A stretch of 64,000 bases of DNA, taken from positions 195,238 through 259,237 of the forward strand of contig CAWACZ010000012.1 in NCBI GenBank assembly GCA_963780685.1, written 5' to 3'. How positions within the stretch are numbered: the first letter of the stretch is position 1; each line of letters starts with the position of its first letter. The notes under the pieces were generated by a model. The model was given only the letters and a program-made list of their open reading frames with translations. It did no database searches and was not told the origin of the DNA. The stretch is from an uncultured Acidobacteriota bacterium. GTDB taxonomy: Bacteria; Acidobacteriota; Vicinamibacteria; Vicinamibacterales; CAVVIG01. Positions 10,556-20,139 of the stretch are shown here, piece by piece. The translations under genes were made by a program, and so were the position numbers.

Positions 10556-12885
10556 CTACCCTGCCTCTCGTTCGTCACTTGGCCCGCCGAAGCTATCAGG
10601 CGAAGGCGGCCGAGCGTTCAAGTAGTGCTGCCACAACGCTCCCTGCGCCAGACCGAAGAGTGCGCGGCGGCACTTGGGGCAAACGTCTTGGTAGTGCCCG
10701 CCGCCGGACAACTGGTACTGAAAGCCGAGTTCCTGCTCGACGACGGTGAGATCGCGAACCATCGGCAGCGAGGCATACGGTTGCCCGCAGCGGCGGCAAG
10801 CGGCCTGCTGGCCGCGAGCGCCTGCGTCCTTGTAGAAGCCGACGCCGAGCTGGGCCGGCCGTTGAAAGACGTGGAACAGCTTGCCGAACGGCAGCCAGAG
10901 CAGCGTCACGATCACCGTGGCGGCATGGAGAATCGCGAGGAACTCGTACGCGTAGCCCCGCATCCACGTGTAGCTGGCCGTGAGCATCAGCCCCGTCATG
11001 CTGATCGCGAAGAGCAGCAGCAGCGGCAGGATGTCCTGCCCGAACTGCTGCACGGCGACAGCGCCGTGGTCGATCATGCGGCGCCGGAAGGCGAGCATCA
11101 CGCCAGCGATGACCAGGAACGACGACCAGACCAGCCCATGGAAGATGACGAAGGCGAACGCGGACTCCACGGGAAAGTCCTGCATCGGGATGCCGAACAC
11201 GAAGGTGCGGTACCTGTGCAGGTCACCGGGAACCGTTTCGAAGTGAATCCAGCCCCAGACCAGCGGGAACGTGATCGCAGCAGCAAGCACGCAGCCCCAC
11301 ATGATCAGCCAGTGCGCGAGCCCACGGAGCCGGCCGCGCCGGAAGATGTACGCATTGGCCGCGAACTCCAGCAGCGCGCGGCGACCCGAGGCTGACCGTG
11401 TTGCCGGCCAGCGCGCGCCGTGAGAAGGAAGGCCTGCCATCCGCGACGCCAGTACATGCGCGTCGGCGGACGCTGCAGCCACATCGCGTACCGATAGCTG
11501 ATCCCGAACGCCGCAAAGAGCGTCGCGAACGTGTAGCCGACGAGCGCCGCGTCGAAGTGCTGCAGGTTTCGCGACCCGACGACGATCGCCGCGGCCAACG
11601 TGGCCGTGACGAGCGCTGCCCACGCGCCGGCTCTGACACGCTCGAGCGCCTGACGCGCGGCCACCGGGAGAGACCGCGTCCATTCGACGTCGCCTGGACG
11701 GAAGACACGCTGATTCGCCGCGCGCAGCAACAGTGCGGTCGCGGACAGGAGGAGGAACCCGGGCCAGATGGCGCCGAGTCGATCGCGGAAGACGCCGAGC
11801 AGGAGCGGCGGGAAGAACCCGCCGAGACCGCCGAGGGCGCCGACGAGGCCGGTCACCGTGCCGGTGTCTTTCGGGAAGCGTTCCGGGACCAGCTTGAAGA
11901 CGGCGCCGTTTCCCAGTCCCATCAGCATCGCGCACCCGAGCGCGCCGACCGTGAACGGCACCATCGACGGCCAGGTCAGAAGCAGCGAGAACAGGGCGAC
12001 GCCGCCGAAGACCCACGACAGGACCTGGGCGCCGCCGATCCGGTCCGCCAGCCACCCGCCGACGGGCCGCATGAGCGTGGCGAGCACGACGAATCCAGCC
12101 GCTCGGAATCCGGCGTCCGCAGGGGCCAGGCCGAACTGCGCACGCAGCAGCGTCGGCAGGTAGATCGAGAACGCGACGAATCCCCCGAATGTCAGGAAGT
12201 AGAATGCGCCGAGCAGCCAGGCGGTAGGCGCGCGCCGCAGGACCGCGGTCATCGCGGCGACCGTGGCGGGACGCCCGGCCTGCGGGGGATTCCGCGCGAA
12301 CACGAAGTAGGCGACGGCCCAACCCAGGAGAAGCGCGCTGGTGCCCCGGAACACCACTTCCCAGCCCAGGCGAGCGGCCACCACCGGGCCGGCGAAGACG
12401 GCAAGCGATTGCCCCATCGTCCCCAGACCGTAGACGCCGAGGGCGGTGCCCTGTCGAGCCGCCGGGGTCCAGCGGGACACGAAGGCCGCCCCTACCGCGA
12501 AGGACGACCCAGCCATGCCGATGAGGAAAGCCGCTACGAGCAGCGAGCCGAAGCTGCTCGTCAGCGGAACGAGGAACGCCGCCAGTGAGGAGAAAGCCAG
12601 GAGCGCGGTGAAGACCAGGCGGCCGCCGAATCGATCCGTCAGCATGCCCATCGGCAGCCGCGCCAACGAGCCGAGCAACACCGGCACGGCAACCAACAGC
12701 GCCGTCTGCGACGCCGTCAGCCCATAGAGACTGCTGAAGACAGACGCCAGTCCGCCAATGAGGCCCCACGCAGCGAACGACAGCGTAAAAGAGATCGTCG
12801 CGAGTACCAAGGGACGCGTGGGCGACGTCCCTGCACCGGTCACGTGGGCCACGGATGGCCTGCTCTCGAGAGACGTATCGCGCAT
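10556..12885 (-). CDS. NarK-like MFS transporter fused to a 4-5 TM cytochrome-b/NarI-like domain and a C-terminal double-CxxC zinc-ribbon-like tail; about two 1-nt indels near 11390-11440
   Basis: MFS N-part; the fusion reads [16 protein letters not shown] / [13 protein letters not shown] / [30 protein letters not shown] across three frames; tail CRRCGQPY...[10 protein letters not shown]. Confidence 0.75.
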
Positions 12886-13193
12886 GTCGTCTGTCTAGTC
12901 TGCCGCCACCGTTCGCGAACCTGTCCGGGATGCCGAGTGTGTCCAAGCCGAACAGTTCAGTTCACATGCGAGCGTCCGATTCCTGAAGCGGCCGTCGCTG
13001 TTCTCGACTCGGCTCCAGAAGCCAGCAGCATACCAGCGGTCGTGGCGCCGCTGCACGACACTCGAAACGGGAGGCTGCTATCGATACGACGGACGAGCAC
13101 AGCGATGATCGCGATCCCATCGGTGACTCGCCTTGGAGCAAGCCGAGTACTTGTGGTGCAGCACATTGCAGCTGGCAACGGCTTCGGAGATCA

Positions 13194-13716
13194 CATCACG
13201 CGGACAGGTATCGCTCGCGTAGGATGGCCGATGTGGTGAGCAACGTGCCCGATGCACATGTAAGCGAGCGCCCGAACCGTGAACGGGTTGCCGCTGGCGA
13301 CACCGCGCCGCGCCCACCCATCCGCCGGCAGCGATCGGAAAGAAGGCGATGGTCGCGCCTCGAACCGCCTCGAACTCCACAACGATGTCCGCCCATGGCC
13401 GATTGTCGGCGTGGGCAGCCGATACGGCAACCTCCTGGTCGAAGCTCGGTAGCGGACTCTCGAAACCACGAGCAAACCAGAAGGCGCGAGCCACGAACAG
13501 CCGCTCGCAGTCCGCCAGGTGATTCATCACGTCGCGGATGCTCCACTTCCCTGGCGCATAGCGGTGAAGCGACTGTGTCTCCGTGATGCCGCGCGCGAGT
13601 TGGAGCACCTCAGGGAGCTGCACCACCAGCTGCGCGCAGATATCCCCATCCGGAACTTGATCGATATACGTGAAGTAATACGGCGCGGCCTCGGTGCGAT
13701 CAGGACGCTGCGGCAT
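13194..13716 (-). CDS. DinB family protein, frameshifted
   Basis: YAPGKWSIRDVMNHLADCERLFVARAFWFARG...LPSFDQE and, in another frame, GNPFTVRALAYMCIGHVAHH...ILRERYL. Confidence 0.75.
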
Positions 13717-13968
13717 GGAAATTCCCTTAGAAGCACTCGAAATCTTCGCCGCCAACAGGTCGGCACAATCCAGCCAGCCGGTGTTCGAATCGATCACGCT
13801 GTTTGACAACAAGGCGGTTGCCGCAACATGGTCGCCCGCTCCCGAAAACAAGTATCGCGTGGAACTCACAGTGAATGCGGACAAACTGAAGGCAGACGGT
13901 TCAGGGCGCGCGAACATGGCTCCGACCGAAGTGGCGGCGGGCCGGTCCCGTATACTCGATGCCAACGC

Positions 13969-16192
13969 ATGTCGATTCCCGCCCAGATTGCGCACTACCG
14001 CGTGGTCTCGAAGCTTGGCGAAGGCGGGATGGGCATCGTCTATGAGGCCGACGATCCAAGGTTGGGGCGGCGGGTCGCCATCAAGCTGCTTCGGGCCGAT
14101 GACGCCATCGCCCGAGCCCGCCTCGTGCGGGAGGCGCGCGCCGCGGCCGCGATCTCGCATCCGCTGATTTGTCAGGTTTTCGATCTGGGCGAATGGGACG
14201 GCCGCCCCTACCTCGTGATGGAGCTCGTGCAGGGAGATCCGCTCAGCGCGAGGCTGGGACGGCCGCTTCCACCCGACCAGGCGCTGCGATGGGCGCTGGC
14301 CATCGGTGAAGGGCTCGCCGTCCTTCACCATCACGCCATCGTCCACCGCGATCTGAAGCCGTCGAATGTCTTCGTCACCCGGTCTGGCCTGAAGCTCCTC
14401 GACTTCGGGCTCGCGCGGCCGATCGACACCCACGACAACGAAACGATGGCGGGCGTGACGCAGGCCGGCGTCATCGTCGGCACACCGCAGTATGCCGCGC
14501 CGGAACAGCTATCGGGCGATTCCGTCGACGCACGGGCGGACCTGTTCTCGCTCGGCGTGATGCTGTTCGAGATGGTCACCGGGCGACCGCCCTTCGTGGG
14601 CACGACGCTCGCGGCCCTCATTCATGCCGTGCTCTACGACACGCCTCCCGTGCTGACGGGCTCGCCGGCCATTTCCGCGCTCGACCGCGTGATTCATCGC
14701 GCGCTGGCGAAGAGGGCCGACAATCGCTACCCGACGATCGACCGAATGGCGTCGGAGCTTCAGGCGGCGCTGGCATCCCTCGGTTCGGACCCGCCGATCG
14801 AAACACGAGCCGTCACGCGCCTGGCAGTGCTCCCGTTTCGCCTGCTCAAGGCGGATCCGGATATCGACTACCTGCGGTCGAGTCTGGCGGACGCGATTAC
14901 GACGTCGCTGTCCGGCCTGGAGTCGCTGGTGCTGCGATCGACCATCAAGTCGGCCGCGTACGCGGACGCCTCACCCGATCTGAACCGCATCGCGTCCGAG
15001 CTGGCGGTGGACGCCGTCCTGACCGGCTCGATTCTGTCGTCGAACGATCGCCTGCGTGTCAGCGCCCAGCTGGTGACGGCGCCGGCCGGCGACGTCTTGT
15101 GGTCGGTACGGCACGGTTGTGGACGCCAGTGCGGTGTTCGAGCTCCACGAGACCCTCGCACGGCGTACGGTCGAGGCGCTACCCCTCACGTCACGCGACC
15201 AGGCGCGACGACCGCAGGCTGGCCCGGCGAATCACAAGGCCTTCGATTTGTACCTCCGAGGGATGCAGCTTCGAATGGAGCCGAGCAGCTGGCGGCAGGC
15301 GCGGGCGCTGTTCGAACAATCGGTCGCGCTGGACCCGGCGTTCGCGCCGGCCTGGGCCGAGCGAGGGCGTCTCGATCGCGTCCTGGGCAAGTTCGAGAAT
15401 CGCGCACGACTCGCGGACGCGGAAGCGGCGTTTCAGCGCGCGCTCGAGCTCGATCGCGACAATGGTGCGGCGCACTACTACTACGCGCAACTCGAGATCG
15501 ACGTGGGACGCGCAGACGCGGCGCTCGAACGCCTCCTCGATCGGGCGCGGCAGCGACGCGCCGAGCCGGAAGTGTACGCAGCGCTCGTTCATGCGTGTCG
15601 CTATTGCGGGCTGCTCGACGAGTCGCTCGCCGCACACGACCATGCCCGCCGGCTCGACCCGACGGTCACGACGAGCGTGCTTCATACCTACTACATGCGA
15701 GGCGATTACGGACGGGCGCTCGAGCAGGGCCACCAGAGCACCGATCCCTTGGAAGCTCGCGTCCTGGGTGCGATGGGTCGCACAGGAGAGGCCATCGCCG
15801 CCGCGCGACGCGAGGAGGAACGCTTCAGCGCCGTTCCGACGCTGAAGAGCTTGTGCACCGCGTTTCGCGCCACGTTGGAGGGCCGTCGTGACGAGGCGCA
15901 AACGGCGCTCGCCGGGCTCGCAGGATTCAACGAATTCAACGACGGGGAGGGACTCTTCTATGTCGCCCAGCTCTACGCCATGCTGGGTCTGGTCGACCAG
16001 GCCGTCGTCACGCTCGAGGGATCCGTCGACCTGGGTTTCGTCGCGGTAACCGCCATCGAGAACGACCCGTACCTGAAGCCGCTGCGCCAGCTCACGAGGT
16101 ACGTGGAAGTGGTGGAGCGCGCGAGGACCCGACAAAGCGCCGCCGCCGGGACCTTCGCCCGCGCCGGCGGCTTTCTGGTGTTGCAGAACTAG
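13969..16192 (+). CDS. Ser/Thr protein kinase with C-terminal TPR region, frameshift near 15100
   Basis: IAHYRVVSKLGEGGMGIVYEADD...VHRDLKPSNVFVTRSGLKLLDFGLAR...GTPQYAAPEQ; then KAFDLYLRGMQLRMEPSSWRQARALFEQSVALDPAFAPAWAERG. Confidence 0.9.
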
Positions 16193-16262
16193 TGGTGTAT
16201 CGCCGCTCCCATCGAACAGGGCGGCCTGGGGACCAAGCGCGATCGCCCGATACTCCGGAAGG

Positions 16263-17688
16263 ATGCTGTCCTTACGTCATGCCGTGCTTGGGTTCGTCCT
16301 GCTAGGGGCGGCTGGGGGCACTTTGCCGGCTGCGGCGGCCGAACGGACGGTCGTGCTTTCGACCGCGGAGCGCTCGGCCATCGCCAGAGCATTTGCACCC
16401 GTGCTCGTCTTTCATCCGTTGGAAGAATACTTTCCGACAAGCCCCGTATTCCCGCTCGACTCGTCTCGTGTGTTGGAGGCTGCGGAAGAACACCTGCTCG
16501 ATCTTCGCACACGCCTGGGCAGTCACTCCGAACGTGCGGCGCACTATCGAGCGTTGTCGATTGACGAAAAGGTCCGGCGCAGCGCCGTGCAGTACCGGGT
16601 GTTCTCGCGGCTGGTAGACGGACGTGCGGAGGTCGTCGCCGAGGTCCTGGTGCTACTACGTATTCAACCAGTTCTCGGTCCGTGTACCTGGCTGCCCTAT
16701 CGCGTGCCGATAACCATCCTCACGACCTGGAGCGCGTGTATTCGTGTTGCGACCGCTCGGTACAGGCGGCGCCCCCGACCACCCGGACGAGGAGTGGGCG
16801 ACAAAAGCATTTCGGATCGAGCGAGTGGTCACAAACGCCCACGATGGCAGCATTCCACCGAATCAGTATCTGGCAGGTGACGGCGAAACACTCGCCCCGC
16901 CAATCGCCGTGCTCATCGAGCACGGATCCCACGCAATGGCGCCAGATATCAATCGTGACGGACAGTTCACCCCAAAATCGACAGCACGGCTACGACAAAG
17001 CTGTTGTGGGGCATCCGCGATCGCGGCGCGACGTGGGGTCGATATCGGTCTTTGTACATGGATCTTCGAGGAGAGACTTCGGTGCGACTCTGCGGTCCGG
17101 CTTCACCTCCGCCGGATCGTGAGACGTGTCAGCCTTACGCGCTGTCTCCGGCCATCGAGCTGCAAGACTGGTTCAGCCGCGCCTCGCTGTCGCGCGCCGA
17201 TCGACGCGACATCGTCGGCCATACGCCTTGGCTGAGACGCGCGTTCAGCGACGTCCGCGTCGAACGATTGATGTTCCCCACCGACCCGCCGGACGGTCGA
17301 ATGCTCGACTCGATGCTGCGTCGCCGCTCGAGGACCCATGCAGGATACGTGCTGGGCTGGACCACCACCGGAACGCATGTGCCAACCTTCCTGGTGGGAC
17401 GGCGCTACTTCTGGGAGGTCCAAACACGATACGCACCGGACATCATTGCGGAAGCGATGGCGCTTTTTCCTGTGGGCGACCGACGACTGGGCGAGGCGAC
17501 TATTTTTGGATCCTACGCGGTCGATGCGGTCTCGAGCGTCTTGGTGGGGGCCGGCTGGTTGTCGAATGGGAGGTCGTCCCCGGACGTTCTCGCGGGAGTC
17601 GATCTGCCGAATCGGCTTACTGCGCATCCGTCCCACGTGGGGGTTTCGCGGGGGCGGATTCGACTCCCGCGTAACGGTCACGTTCTGA
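16263..17688 (+). CDS. secreted/outer-membrane hypothetical protein, at least two frameshifts
   Basis: signal peptide MLSLRHAVLGFVLLGAAGGTLPAAAA; FAPVLVFHPLEEYFPTSPVFPLDS; HPHDLERVY; DRGATWGRYRSLYMDL; ends SRVTVTF in one frame (inferred join). Confidence 0.5.
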
Positions 17689-18063
17689 GTGGGCCGCGTG
17701 ACGCACACGCAGCATGCCGCCCGCCCACACGCACGGCAAGGCGGTCACGATTAGAAGAATCGGATACCATCTCGGTCCGAACGCCGGCCCGGCATTCCAA
17801 GTGGCAACGGCGCCAATCGTCGCCGCGAGCATCCCGACCGCGCCGAGCACCATGACATGCCAGATGGGTCGTCGAGGGGCCAGCGCGGCGGTGAGGTAGC
17901 CTCCGAGCACGGTGGAGACGACCCGGTAGACGGTTGCCCACACGAAGAGCCCATCAGTCATCGATTCGCCCCAAGGAGGAAATACACCGCTCGCGTGCAT
18001 GACGGCGTCGGTGCCGACCGAGAGCAGCGCGGTGGCGACCAATCCCGCGGCCACCGCGGCCAC
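17617..18063 (-). CDS. 4-TM membrane protein, unknown function
   Basis: MAAVAAGLVATALLSVGTDAVMHASGVFPPWGESMTDGLFVWATVYRVVSTVLGGYLTAALAP. Confidence 0.75.
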   Translation of the reverse strand: MAAVAAGLVATALLSVGTDAVMHASGVFPPWGESMTDGLFVWATVYRVVSTVLGGYLTAALAPRRPIWHVMVLGAVGMLAATIGAVATWNAGPAFGPRWYPILLIVTALPCVWAGGMLRVRHAAHSERDRYAGVESAPAKPPRGTDAQ

Positions 18064-18099
18064 ACTTCGTCCGGTGTGACGCGAAACGAGAGTCTGCGG

Positions 18100-18639
18100 T
18101 CATGGCTGGCCACCGGTGCGGCGGCTATCAATTGCCTGGACCACGGCCGCCAGCTTGTCGAGCTCGCTCTCCCAGCCCATCTTGGCTCGCTCGGTCCATT
18201 CGTCGCTGTGCATGGCGTCGAATGTCAGGATCATTCGGACGCCGGCGGCGGTCGGCCGCAGTTCGACCACAGTGGCCACATCGTACGGGTCGACGCCGGG
18301 GATGAAATCGGTGAGGTGGAGGTACGCCAGCCGGCGCGGCGGCTCGACCTCGGTGAACGTGATGCGGCATTCCTGCGTGAGCGGCATGCCCGCCTTTTTC
18401 ATAAACTCGATCTGGGGCGGGTGGACGGCAGTCATCGCGTAGAGGAGCTCGCCTCCGGGACGAAGATTGAGCTTCCGAACCGTGACCGCGAATCCACCGG
18501 GACCCCACCACGATTCGATACCGTCCTTGGTGGTCCACAGGTCCCACACGTCTTGAAGCTCGGCTCGATACACCCGTTCGAGCGTGATGCGGTTCCGAGA
18601 GCCGGGCACACCGGCGCTGGTCTTGAGCGTGTCTGTCAT
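18100..18639 (-). CDS. SRPBCC/AHSA1 domain protein
   Basis: RITLERVYRAELQDVWDLWTTKDGIESWWGPGGFAVTV; LTFDAMHSDEWTERAKMGWESELDKLA. Confidence 0.9.
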   Translation of the reverse strand: MTDTLKTSAGVPGSRNRITLERVYRAELQDVWDLWTTKDGIESWWGPGGFAVTVRKLNLRPGGELLYAMTAVHPPQIEFMKKAGMPLTQECRITFTEVEPPRRLAYLHLTDFIPGVDPYDVATVVELRPTAAGVRMILTFDAMHSDEWTERAKMGWESELDKLAAVVQAIDSRRTGGQP

Positions 18640-18989
18640 GGCGTCCTCCGTGTACGGCGGGAGCGTCGGCGCGCCTGCTGCCTGCGCGCGAGCGCGTCGC
18701 CAAAGGCGTCGAGGCGTGCGATCCACAAGGCGCGGTATTGTGCGACCCAGGTGTCCAGAGCCCGAAACGGTTCGGGCCGCAACGAGTACAGGCGGTGCGG
18801 GCCGTCAGGCCTCACCTGAACGAACCCGGCCTCTTCGAGAATCCGGAGGTGCCGCGACACTCCCGATTGGTGGATGTCCATCCGCGCGACCAGGTCGTTG
18901 ACCGCTTGTTCGCCGCCAAGCAGCGCCTCGACAATCTGGAAGCGGCTCGGATCCGCGAGGGTCTGAAAGACAGCGGCTTGCATCTCCAT
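18636..18989 (-). CDS. ArsR family HTH regulator
   Basis: VFQTLADPSRFQIVEALLGGEQAVNDLVARMDIHQSGVSRHLRILEEAGFVQVRPDG; ATGA overlap with the AHSA1 gene. Confidence 0.93.
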   Translation of the reverse strand: MEMQAAVFQTLADPSRFQIVEALLGGEQAVNDLVARMDIHQSGVSRHLRILEEAGFVQVRPDGPHRLYSLRPEPFRALDTWVAQYRALWIARLDAFGDALARRQQARRRSRRTRRTP

Positions 18990-18990
18990 A

Positions 18991-19016
18991 CATATGCATG
19001 TTACTGCATATGCATG
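18991..19016. promoter_or_regulatory. probable ArsR operator: catatgcatg-ttactg-catatgcatg
   Basis: 10-bp direct repeat, internally palindromic, immediately upstream of the arsR-type start codon. Confidence 0.55.
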
Positions 19017-19077
19017 GCGGTGTCAAGCAGCCGTGCTGGCTTTTTCAGCAACCGCTGAAACCGCTGCCCAGCTTGGT

Positions 19078-19876
19078 TCAGTGAGTGAGGCCGTAGATCA
19101 AGTAGTTGACGCCGAGCTTATAGGCCTCGTTCGTATCGTCGATCGGGCGCAGGCCGCTGCCCGACCACTCCCAGGACCTGGGACACGTCAGTGTTGTAGT
19201 TGACGATCGCCTGAAGCCGCTTCTCTGGATCGTTGTCCTCGAAGACGCCGCGGAAGATCGGCTTTCCAGCGTTGTAGGCCTGCGGCACGATGTCGAGGTC
19301 GTCAATCTCGAAGAAGGCATGGAAGATTGGATGCGTCGGCTTCATGTCGAAGAAGCGAACATCGGGGAACACCCGTCGCATGTTGGCTTCGAACACCGCC
19401 CAGCCGGGACTGCCGAAGTCGCCTTCCCGCTTGAAGTCGTCGACGATCAGGAAGCCGCCTTTCTGGAGGTACGTCCGCAGCCCTTCGGCTTCGCGATCGG
19501 TCAAGGTCCACCAGCTGGCCTCGATGATGTAGGCGACGGGGTACTTGAAGATCTCCGGGTCGTCCAGCGTCAGCGTGTTGATGGTGTCGTCGTGGGCATC
19601 GAGCAGGCTCACCTCTTTCATGATCTTCATCAGATTCTGCTCGGCGAGCGGATACCCATGCGCCCACGAGGGAAGACCGCGCCACCAGTAGCCGCCGGGC
19701 GCCGTCTCGTACTTGAGGCGGACAAACGTGAATCGGGCATCGTACGCGACGTTCGGATCGGGATGAAACGGCGTGAATCGCCCGCCGAAGAACCCTCGCT
19801 CGCGCTGGGCGAAGGCGGTCAGGCCGGCCAGAAGACAGATGGCGATGATGGCCGAGGCTCCGCGGCGTCTGCTCAC
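19078..19876 (-). CDS. DUF4159 domain protein with a C-terminal frameshift
   Basis: FTFVRLKYETAPGG...WAHGYPLAEQNLMKIMKEVS...LQKGGFLIVDDFKREGDF...; end SGLRPIDDTNEAYKLGVNYLIYGLTH in another frame. Confidence 0.82.
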
Positions 19877-19952
19877 GCCGAGAGAATAACACTCACGACT
19901 TCGTCACGTTCACTGACCGTGCCTGGGTGCCTCGTGCCGACTTCAGACGCAC

Positions 19953-20090
19953 CTATCGTCGTTGCGGGTACTTCTCGAACCAGGCGACCATTTCCAGATT
20001 GACCCGCTTCGCGTTCGCGCCGAAGAACCCATGCCCTGCGCCTTCCACCGTCAGGAGCTTGGAGGATGCGACGGCAGTGGGTGGCCACGT
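19953..20090 (-). pseudogene. C-terminal remnant of an alpha/beta hydrolase
   Basis: reverse strand reads TWPPTAVASSKLLTVEGAGHGFFGANAKRVNLEMVAWFEKYPQRR*; no N-terminal hydrolase portion follows upstream. Confidence 0.55.
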
Positions 20091-20139
20091 CATGTAGATG
20101 GTTCGCCCGTCCAGGCGTGAGATACTAAAGGACTGTTCG

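Noticed and set aside
10612-12588. Long opposite-strand ORFs (for example 11398-12588 +, 27480-28919 +, 61688-63949 +, 34971-36461 -, 7532-9730 +)
   Set aside because: Shadow ORFs from high GC content; translations are Arg/Asp/Ala-rich without family motifs, and the other strand has clear conserved proteins.
12957-13178. Short ORF of 73 aa between the NarK fusion and the DinB gene
   Set aside because: No recognisable motif or hydrophobic pattern; could not support a product.
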